Notes: generated by a model not told the origin, from the sequence alone. Shown: positions 14,682 through 30,607, counted from the stretch's first letter. The stretch is DNA of 64,000 bases from Octopus vulgaris (GCA_951406725.2 OX597830.1:37386001-37450000); one strand, 5' to 3'. Made by a program: numbers and translations.

Positions 14682-14747
14682 ACCCGAGTGTGCGTGAGGT
14701 TTTGTATGCAGCTATACATTAATCTACGTATACCTATGCACATATAC

Positions 14748-14814
<67 letters not shown>

Positions 14815-15976
14815 ATATGCTATGGATACTTGTATTAAAGTCCTATACGTTTATAGCTCTCTGTTCTATTAATTTCCAGTGGAATCGAAATTTTAATAGG
14901 CATGGCGGATTGCGGTTGAAACTGGTTAATCTACTTAATACCATACGAATAAAAGTCGAACATGAGAAACATGCAATTATCACTGTTAAAAATATTAAAT
15001 GGAACATATTAAGAAGTGCATCCGACTTGATATTTTGTCATATACACTACATGGGAAAGGAAAGAAAACTGTTTGCTCACTAAAGCACCAACGGTATTAT
15101 ACTAGATTGTCGAAGGAAGTTACTTGTAACTCAACAGAACAAATGAAAACATGTCAACCTAATGGATGAATCATAATATTAAATAACGGGATGCGATAAT
15201 AATACGAAGCATTATTGCAATTCTGCGTATGCTCCTTCAAATAGAGCCGGAATTACTTCTTGGCGACCAACGCTGTTATAGGTGAAGCATACCCTGATGA
15301 CGCAGTAACACTAAACGTACTTTGTAATTTTTATTCGCTTAGTAAGGAGTACGGCCGTCTATTTTAATGGGCCAAAAATGGGCATTCAAATTGTAAGGTT
15401 AAATACAGCATTTGTGTAAAGAGAAAATCAAGTAGAAGCAAGCTTATGTGTCCAACCTTGAATTAGGCCAAAGAAAATCAAACTGAAATCTATTGTGTAT
15501 TACACGTACAGAAAAAATACAGTATTAACTTGAGATAGCACATTTTTTAATGCAGGATAACAAAACCACCGTGGATGAAGATGACAAATTAAGCGTATAG
15601 TATATAGAGAAAATCCACGCGTCATCGTGAGCATCAGGATATCTCAGTGTATTACTCGGAGACACCTGTTTTCTTTCTTTCTTTATCTCTATTTCTCTTT
15701 CGCTCTCTCTTTCACTATCTCCCACCACTCTCTCTCCCTGTATATATATGCTCTTACTCTTTTACTTGTTTCAGTCATGTGACTGTGGCCATTTCAGTCA
15801 TTGTGACTTATTCAACTGTAACAATTGAACAATTAAATATAGAAAAATTAAAAGAAAAGATTTTTTTAAAGAATATTTTTGTATAGAGTTCAAATACAAG
15901 TGGCATTTCCTTGTATCTGCCTGTCTCAGTCTCTCTTGTTTACTCTTGTGGGTTCGAGGTCGTTATATATATATAT

Positions 15977-16681
15977 ATATTTATATATGAGGATAATATC
16001 GATATTTAAGTATCAATATTATCAAGTGGCCAGCATGGAAAAAATACCGTACAAAGGTAATAATTTTTAACAATTAAAAATGAGGGTGTCTGAGAGACAC
16101 CAACATGCCGAAATAGCAGTCGAAATTCTGACTATAAAAACCACGTTAAGTGTTCATATCGTACCATGAGATAAGACAGAGGGACAAAATATACAAGCAA
16201 AAGTTATTGAATAATTCAAGATCCAGGATTTCTGGTTTTGCTTTAAATAAGCTTTACCGTCATCAATTGAATATATCAAGGGTACATAAATACAGATATA
16301 TATATGCAGAACAAACGATATACTTACTTATACGAACGTCCATACATACATACATATGTACGCATGCACACGGCCAGTTAAATTGCCCGCCAAAACACCC
16401 CATAAGCACGATATGGTTACGGCATGTTGGTGTCTCTCACACTCATTTTTAATTGTTAAAAATTATAACCTTTGTACGGTATTTTTTCCATGCCGGCCAC
16501 TTGATAATATTGATACTTAAATATCGATATTATCCTCATATATAAATTTATATAATTCGTTATTATATTCACGCGGTGTTTATTTTAACCATATCGTGCT
16601 TATGGGGTGTTTTGGCGGGCAATTTAATTTCGACTGCTATTTCGGCATGTTGGTGTCTCTCAGACACCCTCATTTTTAATT
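15977..16681. mobile_element. Composite of a ~225-nt monomer with a hammerhead-like motif (tandem on -, interrupted copy on +); retrozyme candidate
   Basis: 16420-16681 contains direct overlaps (CTCATTTTTAATT at 16442 and 16669; CGGCATGTTGG at 16420 and 16643). 15977-16127 plus 16378-16419 form the inverted copy, split by ~250 bp of unrelated sequence. Confidence 0.6.
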
Positions 16682-16707
16682 ACATATATATATATATATA
16701 TATAATA

Positions 16708-16850
16708 TGTGTGTGTGTGTGTTTGTGTTTGTCCCCCCAACATCGCTTGACAATCGATGCTGGTGTGTTTACGTCCCCGTAACCTAGCGGTTCGGCAAAA
16801 GAGACCGATAGAATAAGTACTAGGCTTACAAAGAATAAGTCATGGGGCGG
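16708..16850 (+). mobile_element. SINE family A 3'-half fragment
   Basis: CATCGCTTGACAATCGATGCTGGTGTGTTTACGTCC...GAGACCGATAGAATAAGTAC. Confidence 0.7.
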
Positions 16851-16890
16851 AGTTGGTAGACGGAGACTGAACGATATATATATATATATA

Positions 16891-17512
<622 letters not shown>

Positions 17513-17688
17513 CGCCGATGTCGACTTTGCCTTTCATCCTTTCGGGGTCGATAAATTAAGTACCAGTTACAGCACTGGGGTCGATGTAGTCGACTTAATC
17601 CCTTTGTCTGTGAAACAAGGTGGAAAAAAGAGTACTCAAATACCAGTGGTAGAGTAATATGCTTTATTTTAAGCAGCAGAAAATTCAA

Positions 17689-17735
17689 CAAAATCTGTTA
17701 CTCTGAGTTTCTCGTTGCCGTTCATCAGACAGTTT
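17689..17735 (-). ncRNA. Minimal type-I hammerhead ribozyme (inverted copy)
   Basis: Minus strand reads AAACTGT-CTGATGA-ACGGCAACGA-GAAA-CTCAGAG-TA-ACAG with an intact palindromic stem III. Confidence 0.8.
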
Positions 17736-17739
17736 CTAG

Positions 17740-17789
17740 CAAAAACTGTCTGATGAACGGCAACGAGAAACTCAAAGTAACAGATTTTG
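17740..17789 (+). ncRNA. Minimal type-I hammerhead ribozyme
   Basis: CAAAA-A-CTGT / CTGATGA / A-CG-GCAA-CG-A / GAAA / CTCAAAG-TA / ACAG-A-TTTTG: canonical CUGAUGA and GAAA cores, GUA cleavage triplet. Confidence 0.8.
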
Positions 17790-17815
17790 TTGAATTTTCT
17801 GCTGCTTAAAATAAA

Positions 17816-17893
<78 letters not shown>

Positions 17894-17899
17894 TTATAT

Positions 17900-18120
17900 G
17901 TGTGTGTATGCCTTTGCGTCTGTGTTTTTCTCCCTATCATCGCTTGACAGTCAGTATTGTCGATTTTAAGTATCCGTAACATAGCGGTTTGGCAAAATGA
18001 ACGATAGAATAAGTTACTTGGCGTTAAAAACAAGTCTCCATCTTATTAGTTCGACTAAAACATTTCCAGGTTGTGCTCCAGCATGGCCGTAGTCAAATGT
18101 GTGAAACAAGTCAAAGAAAA
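17900..18120 (+). mobile_element. SINE family A degenerate 3' half
   Basis: CATCGCTTGACA...GATAGAATAAGT...GTGCTCCAGCATGGCCG...TGAAACAAGT. Confidence 0.65.
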
Positions 18121-18124
18121 TGCA

Positions 18125-18163
<39 letters not shown>

Positions 18164-19754
18164 ATATGTTTATCTATATATACTGGGAGGTTCATATATA
18201 TACATATATAAACGTGCGCACACGCAAATATATATTCTCATCAATACGTAGTAGTTTTGACCGAACATTTTAACTGAATTATATTTCATAACACTAGCGT
18301 TTTACGTCATCCTATCTCTTGTCAAACCTATCTTCATTCAGTGTCCGGGTTGGTATTTTATGCATTACATGTAGTTCATTATTTTCTCCATATTTGGCTC
18401 GTTTCCAGTGGTATATGCCGTTATTTCTATTAAAAGGTAGTTTTTCCACTTTATAGTTATGATTATGATTGTTGTTATTCATATGACAGTTTGTCAGATA
18501 ATCTAATTTTCATTGGTTAGCTTCAGGATATGATTCTGTTTATCTGAATATTGTCTCCCAGTGGTCACTTCATAAACTTTTTGTCTCTATCGATTGCATC
18601 AAAATTGTGACCTGTTTTTCCAGAGATATTTATTTGTTTATCGCTCAATTCATGTATTGGTCGACTGACTTTTTTATCACACAATTATACACACACCTGG
18701 GAATATACATGGCTTTTATTCTTTTGTTATTTTAGTCTCTGCAACACTATCCAAAATTATTTTATTATATCAGACGTCGCGAATATTTCTTTCTCTTTTT
18801 ATCAAGATCCTTGCAGGAGCATTCGCCGTTTATAGCTGACAGCATGACTTAACACTGACATTTTTAAAGATTTTTCTTTACAGAAATATTATAAAACTTC
18901 CTCATCAATTTTTGTTTGACGTTGGTTGCGCTCTCATGTGTTCGTGTGTTTGTGTAGCAATGATATCCTAATTTGCAATTTATTACTTACGGTACGACAC
19001 TGCCTCTATCTATATTTTCTTGGTTGAATGTCTACAGTTCCATTTCGACACTGGAGGAGAGGACACTCAAGAAATCCCGAAACTAAGCCATGTCAAAAAT
19101 ACTTGCACCTTCGTTAAAGAGACCTCACGTAGTGTGAAACGACTGGGTAACAGATTATGTCTACTAACCAAAATGAGCAAAGGGAAATTTGAACTTTTCA
19201 ATCGGCATTTCAACAAGCCATCGCTCAAAATTAGTATTTATACACCACCCCTACATCCATCCGGAATGATTAATGGTAAATTTGACCTAGATGGTTTTGC
19301 GACTTCTGAAATAGATGCTAGAATACGTCTTTTCTATAATTCTAACGTCTCTACCAAATCTCTGCGACTTATACTTATTTTCTGAATAACCATTTATGTA
19401 GAAAAATTTGATTTCTGAGAAATGCATTTCTATTGATGAATAACTGTATTATGTCTATCCATCTAGCCTTGTGTTTTCTTCTTGCTGGTTCAATTGTAGA
19501 GTTAAATTGTGCTTCTTGCAATATTTTTCTGTAGCTAACAATTTTCATTTCACCGTCATAGATTAAATTTTCATCTCTTTTCCCAGTGAGTTGTGGTTGT
19601 GAGCCCAATATATCGTACCTTCAATTAGAATAGGCAACAATACAACCCTACATTGGCACCAAGTGGAAAGCATTAGTAAAGTCATCATAATTCCCTCATC
19701 TAAAACGTTTGAGGAGCCATTATTTAACAGAATAAGATGTTTTTAATATTGTGG

Positions 19755-19924
19755 TCATAACGCCTGTTTTTACGGTCTGAGTTCAAATCCCGTCGAGGAC
19801 GACTTTACCTTTAATCCTTTCGGTGTCGATAAATTAAGTACCAGTTATGTACTGGAGTTGATCTAATCGACTGGGCCCCTCTCCAAAAATTTTGGGCCTT
19901 GTGCCTAGCGTAGAAAAGAATATT
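19755..19924 (+). mobile_element. SINE family B, 5'-truncated
   Basis: CTGAGTTCAAATCCCG...GTCGATAAATTAAGTACCAGT...CCTTGTGCCTAG. Confidence 0.75.
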
Positions 19925-20024
19925 GTGACCATGGATCTCTAGGTAGTTAATCCTAGATTTGAACCTGATGATTCCCGATATTAAATGAAACATATATATA
20001 TATATATAAATAATATAAACAAAC

Positions 20025-20102
<78 letters not shown>

Positions 20103-20104
<2 letters not shown>

Positions 20105-20375
20105 GCAGGGAGAATTCACGGAAATAGCAAAAGACGAAGACAGGTGGTATAGAAAACAAACAGATGTATTAGTAAAAACCCTCGGGAATTGAAAAAGTCT
20201 TTTACGTTTCGAGCCTACGCTCTTCCACAGAAAGGAACACAGAAAGAATCAAGGAGAGAAACAAGGAGAGAAAAAAATGTGTGTTGTGGCTACCAATTTA
20301 TCATACATCTGTTTGTTGTTTACATACACGTCTTCGTCTTTTGTGTTGTTTTTTTTTTTGTAAATTCCAACTTTA
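20103..20375. mobile_element. Short PLE-pLTR-type element with a partial inverted copy, next to (TA)n
   Basis: 20128-20167 is inverted relative to ~20305-20344 (ACATCTGTTTGTT...GTCTTCGTCTTTTG); contains a hammerhead-like motif. Confidence 0.65.
20199..20234 (-). ncRNA. Variant minimal hammerhead motif (CUGUGGA core)
   Basis: Minus strand CTTT-CTGTGGA-A-GAGC-GTAG-GCTC-GAAA-CGT-A-AAAG: stems I and II, GAAA and a GUA triplet are present; core A6 is replaced by U. Confidence 0.6.
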
Positions 20376-20384
20376 TATAAATAT

Positions 20385-23300
20385 ATGTGAGATTGATGTA
20401 GCTAGCTGACCTGGCTACATCAGTCTCACAGATGGGACTATCACCAATACACAAGACAACCACAGTAACTAGACCCAAGGTGGGCACCACTGGCAACAAC
20501 ACAAGCAAATCACGTCGATGCTCTTACCGAACATCAGAGGACTGTTAACACTTAGTAACAGGACAAAAATCCCTTTCTTGAAAGTCCTTGTTGCATGCAA
20601 TCAAGTCTTATGCATAATACTTACGGAAACACCAGAAAACCAGATATAGCAAATGCAGAAATACACGTACCACAGTGTGTTGTATTACGGAACGACGGGA
20701 AAGGAAGGAGTCATGGTGGGTTTGCTATGTACATCTGCGAAGACCTCACACCCCGGGTCCTTTTGTCACATTCAAATTCAGTATGTGACACACTAATTGT
20801 ACATAATAAGACAACTCGATGTAGTTATATGAGCTACATATCGCCCTCCAGATGCTCCGAATCATGTAGGCAAGTTTGAAGAGTGCATTTACAAAAATAG
20901 AAAATCTGGTCACTTTAGAACAACACATAAGTGCACTTCTCATGGGAGACCTCAATCTGCTCAATGTTAGATGACAGGAAGGCTTTTCTCTCCCAGGAAT
21001 GACACGATACGAACAAGGACATGTGAAGTCCGTCCTGAAACTCATCAACACTTTATACATGGAACAAATAATACTCCAATCAACCAGGGCAGGTAACATA
21101 CTGGATCTCTGCTTCACAAATAGTATGGATGTGATCCATAATGTGAAGGTGACACCGACGCTATTCTCGGATCACAACATGGTAGAGCTGACCATGTACC
21201 GACAAAAGGAAACCATAGACATGCAGCCTACAAGAAACTCTCAGAATCTTTCCAGCTTGAACTTCCATAAGGCAAACAGGAAACAAATTGGGAAAGAGAT
21301 CCTCAAACAAAACTGGCCAAAATGTCTCTCCTAACCGGGCATCAACATGAAACTTCAACAATTCATGTCTGTAATACAAACCATATGCTACAAATGTGTC
21401 CCGGAGAGAAAGGCCACTGTACACAAGAGCCAAATTACCAACGAAAGGAAAATTCTCATGAGACGGCGTACAAACGTTTCAAATCGTCTAAACAAACAAC
21501 TTGAAAGCAGTGAAATGTCCCGCCTGAAAATACAACTGCTGGAGATTGAGAAAAATCTGCAACTCTGTCTTGAAAAAGTAAGAGCAGAAAAAGAAGCCTG
21601 GGCTATAGGCAATATAAACTCTAACCCCAGAGCTTTCTACAAGTTTGCCAAAGAAACAGCTTCAGTGCACTGCAGGATAGGGCCACTCCTCGAAAAAGAT
21701 GGTACACTCACAGGAAACCCAATAAAGATAAGTGAAATGCTAAATGCGCAATTCAAAAGTATTTTCACTCCGTCCCTAGGACACTTGCAAGTCAGCAATC
21801 CAACTGACTTTTTTTTACCACTGCAGATATCAAAACAGTGATCATAGATTACATCAATATAAAAGAAGACGATGTAATAAGGGCTATAGATGAAATGAAC
21901 CCAAACTCAGTTACTAGCCCTAGTGGATTCTCAGCAATACTTCTAAAAGTATGTAAGCGAGTCCTAGCAAGACAATTGCAGTCCCTTTGTCAGAGCTTCC
22001 TTGCAACTGGCAAACTTCCAAGAAAGCAGGAGGAGGGTAAAATATGCCGTATTCATAAAGGGGGTAGCAAAGCGGAGGGTAAGAACTACAGATCTATCTC
22101 TCTGACCTCGCACATCAGCAAAAGGCACGAAACGAATAGTCAGAAGAAAACCAATAACTTGCTGCCTGACACCCAACATGGTTTCCGACCAGGAAGAAGC
22201 TGTTTGAATCAGCTCTTACAACACAATGACTGGGTGCTGAAAGAGCTGCTCAACCACTCAAATGTGGAAGTGATACATCTCGACTTTGCAAAGGCCTTTG
22301 ATAAAGTCGATCATGGAATGGTATGTCACAAAATGCGTGATTTCTGCATAGTTGGAAAATTGGGAGAATGGCTTCATGACAATCTGAAAGATAGAAGTCA
22401 GGTGGTAGTAGCCAATGGCTCACCTCCAATGACACGGAAATAGTGAGCGGTGTTCTGCAAGGCACTGTTTCGGGACCACAACTGTTCAAAACGGCCCTCT
22501 GAGACATGCCTTCAGCCTCGCAGAGAGCCACGATCACAAGTTATGCAGATGATACAAAAGTCTCACAGGTAATACAGAACCCTGAAGACATTATGCACCT
22601 GCAATGTGAGCTGGATGAAATATACAAGTGGGCTGAAAATAATAGCATTCAGTTTAATGCTGAAAAGTTTCAAGCCTTGTGCTATGAGCATGCAAAACTA
22701 AATGCAATACCCACTAAATACACTGGACTTAGAGGGATTGCAATCCCAGAGGCACAGTCAGTGCGAGACCTGGGCATTTACATGAGTAATGATATATCCT
22801 TCCATGTGTAAGTTGCTAAATTGGCAATGAAATGCAGGCGACTGACCGGATGGATTCTTAGAACTTTTAGAACAAGAGATCAGGAAACCATGATGGTCTT
22901 CTGGAGGGCACTTGTCTTAAGCCACTTTCACTATTGCTCTCAGCTATGGTCACCAACCAGTGTAAAATTTTATCTTAGAACTTGAGGCAATCCAACGAAG
23001 CTACATTAAGAAGATAGCCTCTAAACAGGATATAAGCTACTGGGAAAAACTCAAGAGATTACGACTCTATTCCTTAGATCTGTAAGATCCTGGAAGGACT
23101 TGTCCCAAACTTTAGCATCGGAAGTTACACAAACACTAGAGCTGGGCCCCACTACATAGTGCCATGAAGATGTAGGACAAGATACTACAATAGCCTGGGC
23201 TTCAGTGTCTCACACCTCTTCAATATCCTCCCGAAGGACATGAGAGACTTGCAAGGGATGGATATAGGTGTCTTCAAAATAACGCTGAACCTCTTACTGT

Positions 23301-23463
23301 CAATTGACTCAGATGAACCAGCCTCACGGCAGGATGAGGGCAGCGGCATCAAACTCCCTCATGCACCAAATGTCAATTTCTAAAAATCATTCGTGAAGTA
23401 AAATTATGTCGCAACAACAAATGGCGGCCCCCTAGCATGGCCACAGCTCGTGAGCTAAAACTA
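20385..23463 (+). mobile_element. Degenerate CR1-group LINE (APE endonuclease + RT ORF2, multiple frameshifts and stops)
   Basis: APE motifs NIRGL, LTET, GG-AMY, YRPP, MGDLN, TRAGNILDL and SDHN; RT motifs NYRSISLTS, QHGFRPGRSC, LDFAKAFDKVDH, SGVLQG, YADDTK and RDLGI; 3' tail ends at (TA)n. The 5' boundary is approximate. Confidence 0.88.
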
Positions 23464-23477
23464 TATATATATATATA

Positions 23478-23973
<496 letters not shown>

Positions 23974-24084
23974 CAGCCATTTACACACACATATATGTAA
24001 ACATATACGCAAAATATATTCTTACAGAGACATATATATATATTTACACGTGAACAAATTTCCCTATCCATGCATCAATAACTA

Positions 24085-24139
<55 letters not shown>

Positions 24140-24591
24140 GCACACCTACATACAATCAAATATACATACATACACTCACGCCCACTAATGAACTTGCCTC
24201 AAACTTAATCGGAATTTCTGATGGAAATTGCCCATAAATCAAATTACGAATGAACTTTTCAGAATTTCAAAGTAAACTAACATTAGCTATTAAAGTGGAA
24301 CTGGTAAAAAGTATTTCTGGTGCAATTATGCAGAGTTAATAATCATATTCATTAGGCAAATTAGCAAAACCATTGCAAATTGATGGTTTAATTTGAAGAG
24401 TGTAATATAGTGGTTTACATAGTCGTTCCAGTTCTGTCATTGCAATTTACGATTTAAAATTTTTCGGAGGATAGATATCTGAAGATTCACTGGGGATAAC
24501 ACTAAAATAAACTAATTGATATTTTTACTTTAACAAATGTTGAAGGAATTATCAAATCATGTATGCACATTTAAAAACGGCATTGATGCTT

Positions 24592-24728
<137 letters not shown>

Positions 24729-25111
24729 GGGTGTTTGCGTATGTGTGTTTGAATTTCGTTATTGGTAGGATCAGTAAAATAGTATTCCAGGCAGTGAAAT
24801 ATAAATATCATTTAATATACAAGGGATTTAAATGCATCTTACTGTAGATTTCATTATCTAACTGTAACATAATCAAGCAATCATGTATTGCATGCTGTGT
24901 AGTAGCTTGCAGCCCAACCCTAGAAGATTGCACGATAGTACTTGGCACGCTACACACATTGACTATTGTACTATCAGAGCGTTTATCCTATTGCAGCCCA
25001 CATTCAGTTCCTGTTTGAATGCGCGCACCCCTACACTCACTGGCACAGACACTGACACAGACACACATATATATTATACGTCTGTATGTCTATGTATTAT
25101 ATGTATATATA

Positions 25112-26145
25112 CAGGGTGTCCATAAAGTCTCTTTACAATTTCAGACATTTATTACACAAGCAAATAAATAGATAAATCTTGGAAAATTATTACAAAATGA
25201 GTAGATATTGAATTTTTTTTACTACATCTCTTTATGGACACCATAATTTGAACGGCGCAATCAAGGCGGTAATCGATTTCTTTCCGTGTTGGCTGTAGTA
25301 TAGCCTTATCAATAGTGGCGTTGGCATCAATGATCTTTTGCTTCAGATCGTTGATGTCCTGTATCTTTTTTCGATACATAATGTCCTTGACATAACCCCA
25401 CAGAAAAGTCCAGTGGAGTGATATCCGGGCAACGAGATGGCGAGGGAATTCAGCCATCCCTTTCAATCCACCTGTCTGGAAATATTTGATTGAGAAACCC
25501 GCGATCACGCAGTCCCGGATGTGGTGGTGCACCATGCTGCTGGAGAACGGTAGTTGGTTGAGGATCATCCAGTTATGCTACCGTATATTCAGACAAAAGA
25601 TCAATGTAAACATTCACAGATATTGATCACTGTGTGAAGAAAAATGGACCAAATATTTCCATTGCACATCATCCCACACCAGACATTCACCTTTAGACTA
25701 TCCCTAGTCATATGCGCTATTGTGATCTCCAGATCCTCACATTATGTGTATTGACTTTCCATGAAACAAGAAAAGTCACCACATTACTAAAATAAATTCG
25801 GATGAGAAACGCTGCATCCTCAGAAATTCCCTATATCCAAAACTGTTCCTGTTCTCATACATTCCTTTTTTCCCTATATTTCGGTGGGTCTGCGTCTGTA
25901 TTTTTCTTTTCAATAAACCACAAAACACATTGTGCCTTTTCTTGATGAGTAACCATTTTTTTTAGGGTTTCATTTAGCTGTACCCATTTTCGACACACAG
26001 GTACCTGGAAAACACAAATGCAATGTGGTTTTAAAAATGTTAAGCACGAACCACATAGAACAAATCTAATAAATAATAAACATATCTCATCAATTGCTTT
26101 TTTAATAAATTTTTTAAATTCTAAAGTGAATTTATGGACTCCCTG
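25112..26145 (-). mobile_element. Degenerate Tc1/mariner DNA transposon with TIRs (WPPRSPDLTPLDF-type, possibly DD41D/rosa-like)
   Basis: Imperfect TIRs CAGGGTGTCCATAAA / TTTATGGACTCCCTG next to TA/CA; minus-strand remnants QEKAQCVLWF, KVNTHNVRIW, KVNVWCG, GPFFF, QQHGAPPH and FLWGYVKDIMY. Confidence 0.8.
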
Positions 26146-26548
26146 CATGTGTGTGTGTATGTATGTATGTATGTATGTATGTATGTATGTATGTATGTAT
26201 GTATGTTTGTATGTATGTTTGTATGTATGTATGTATATATATACATATATACATACTCACTATATTCGCCAGCCATTGCTTCAACTGATTAGCATTTATT
26301 CCGCAATCTTCAAAATCATTTCGATGGGAAAATATGAATTCGGCAAGACGAGTTCAGAATGATAGCGAAGGACTAATTTTCGTCAGGGAGAAGTGATTTT
26401 TGCAAGATGAGCCTTGCAAGTTCACCAGAAAAAGGGAAGAAAATTGAAGAAAATTAAGGAGAGTATAGTTTAGATTCAAAAAGAACTTTGTTTATTTTAA
26501 ATTTGAAAAATGAAAGTATTAAAAAAACTGCATTATTTATGGGATAGC

Positions 26549-27310
<762 letters not shown>

Positions 27311-27341
27311 TCACGTCTACGCTAACAAAAGTGTTGCCAGC

Positions 27342-27420
27342 AGGCGGATATGGAGTGTCGAATTCCGTAGCTCTTAGATACCGGCCGAGTGGTATCTACC
27401 GTTATGCTAAGCGACCCCTA
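27342..27420 (-). other. tRNA-like head (SINE or tRNA pseudogene remnant)
   Basis: Minus strand GGGGTCGCTTAGCATAACGGTAGA...GGAATTCGACACTCC shows A- and B-box-like spacing. Confidence 0.35.
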
Positions 27421-28284
27421 ACACCTGCTCAGCAGCCTCTGACCGTTTCCACATGGCTGAAATGAGTAAAAGAGTTTAAAGATATGTCTGAATATATGTG
27501 TTTATATTATATATGATATACGTGCATATGTATATACATATACATATATTTCCACTATACGCGCAGATATATGCATAATCGGATATCACACGATCATACA
27601 CACATAAAGACACACATCTACTCTCTTACACTCACATGTATACACATACACATATTTATATATGTTTATTTCAGGGAAAAAAAGAAAGGAGGAATGCGAG
27701 CAGGTAGTGCATTATAAATTATATTATTATTATGCTAGTATTACCTTCAACCTTCTTAATCCAACACCATAACATCTAAAGTCTTAACCAATGTATCTTC
27801 TTAAAGCATAGTCCTTTTGCAGATCTTATAAAGTCAAGTCATTGATACAAAACCTGAATCCTCTACGTTACTTTGTACCGAAAACGCGCCGTAAAAAATA
27901 ATGAAAATCTTCGTACAATAATCCGATAAGCTTTATCATCGTCTTATAAAGAAGAACTTTCCTTTAAAGGAAGGCGATAATCAGCTGGACTAAGAGTGTG
28001 CGTGTAAGTATGTGTGTGTATGCATGTGTGTGTTTGCGTGTACAGTGGACGGTGAAATTCGTGTATTCACTGGGTAATCTGTTAAGATGGCTGTTGTTCA
28101 TCATGTTACTTTTAAATGTTTGTTGGTAGATTATACTGGATATCTGACGGGTAATATAGCGTGTAAAAATGAAGGATGAGATTCAAGTGTTTTGCATCGC
28201 GTTTGAATACAGTTAGCCCACCAACGTACAAACACATACACACACACTCACATATACTTACATACATACTTATATACATACATA

Positions 28285-28450
<166 letters not shown>

Positions 28451-28606
28451 AATATGAGGATAAAATTCTTTTCCCCAAAAAATATAAAAAAATTTTATCA
28501 ATGTGAAAAAATTATATGGTTAATATATGTCCAATCGGCATATTTGGCATTAGAAATTTTTTCGTTTGCCCTCATTTATGAATTATATATATATATATAT
28601 ATATAT

Positions 28607-28671
<65 letters not shown>

Positions 28672-29188
28672 TATATACATACATGCCTACATACAAAATA
28701 CATGCACAAACACACAAACATATATACATCTGTGTTACTCTAGGTCCATCACAATAAAATGTATGCATCTCACTTCAAGCTTCGTCGCAGATGTTTTATT
28801 TCATAGATACTGTGATGATGTTTTCTCGTGCAAATAATATTCCACAGGTTGCCTCAGTTGCAGGAGGTTTTTGCACAACATTTAGTTGTTTATTGTCTAC
28901 CCTGACAAATGAATACTGATAGTACTGCCGAGTGCAAGTCTTAAGTCTTCTTCAGGATGATTATCAGGCCAGGGGATTTGGCAATCTAACTGATTTCACA
29001 GAAGTTCAACTCGACATTTGAATGAATGATGGATGCGATATCCTTTCGGTTATAATGAATTAGATGAAATATATCACATCATAGAATACTATTATGGGAA
29101 ACACTAAACGATAAATATGAGGCAATATAATTTCCATAATTAAATTGTTTAACTGACAGTGATATAATTCAATTCATTACCATTTCCA

Positions 29189-29248
<60 letters not shown>

Positions 29249-29350
29249 ATATATATATATGTACATGCATATGCATATGTGCATGTGTGTGTGTATGGAT
29301 CATACATATGCATATAGGTATATTTATATATACACAGATAGATAAATAGG

Positions 29351-29394
<44 letters not shown>

Positions 29395-30268
29395 ATGTTT
29401 GCCCAAAGGCAAAAGTATGTGAAAGTGAGAATATTGATGGAGTTTTAGAATACGCTAAAAGGCGATGAAAATGTTGCGTAGAGGCAGTTATTCTGTTATG
29501 GTGTCGAAGTTTCTCTCGTTATTGTACTTATTACTGAATGCAAAACAGCGGAACAACTCTACTATAAGCTATGGTAAGGAACTAACTTTAACAGTATTAT
29601 TTTAATTTAAACGCACTAAGCCATATCATTAACAATTACAAACGTACAAATAGTCCTACGACAACGGAACAAGTTCATTTTCAGATCAGAAGACTTCGCT
29701 TTTTCATAGAACTTTCTGAATTTCTGTATGGAGTGAAAATACAAGTTAAATGTGAACTGCTTCACTAACTTAACACGATAAATAGACAGATTCCAAGAGA
29801 AAATGCTCCAATAATTTTGCATAATGTTTATTATATAACATCAATGTACATTAACGACCATCAAAAGAAAGCAGAATATTTTAAGGAACGCGATATATGA
29901 AGTACATAATATAGAATGACGGCTAAATTTTAAATAATAACGAAGTCATATAGATAGGACAGTTGAAAATATTGTGCTACATTTGACAAAGAGACTGTAC
30001 AACCGAATTTTGTTGTGTAAATAATTATATTAGTGTTTTGTTGCAGATGAAAGTAACATTTGCCTATCTATCAATATTTACATGCAAACACACACGCATG
30101 CGCGCGCGTGCACACACACACGTCCTGAAACAGACGCATCGAATATGTACTTCAACATTTGGGTGCTCTACATCGTATTAGATTTTTATATATTTAAATT
30201 CCCTGCATAAACATAGAGATGCTACTATATATATATATATGTATGCATGTATGTATGTATGCTGCATG

Positions 30269-30301
<33 letters not shown>

Positions 30302-30302
<1 letters not shown>

Positions 30303-30607
30303 GAGGCGCAATGGCCCAGTGATTAGGGCGGCGGACTCGCGGTCGTAGGATCGCGGTTTCCATTCCCAGAGCGGGCGTTGTGTTTATTGAGCGAAAACAC
30401 CTAAAGCTCCACGAAGTTCCGGCAGGGGCTAGTGGCGATCCCTACTGTACTTTTTCGCCACAATTTTCTCTCACTCTTTCTTCTGTTAGGCTGCTCGCTT
30501 AGCCAGCGGGGTGGCGTCATTTGGAGGCTAAAACAATGAGAAACGCATTGTGACCAGCGATGTGTAGCAACATCTGATAGTCTGGTTGGTCACGGTGATC
30601 ATGGTGA

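Larger units (their letters stand above)
17609..17816. mobile_element. Short PLE-pLTR-type element, head-to-head inverted pair with two hammerhead motifs
   Basis: 74-bp inverted arms (17662-17735 / 17743-17816, one mismatch seen). The left arm has a longer tail and the right end abuts (TA)n. Same family as 13372-13552. Confidence 0.8.
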
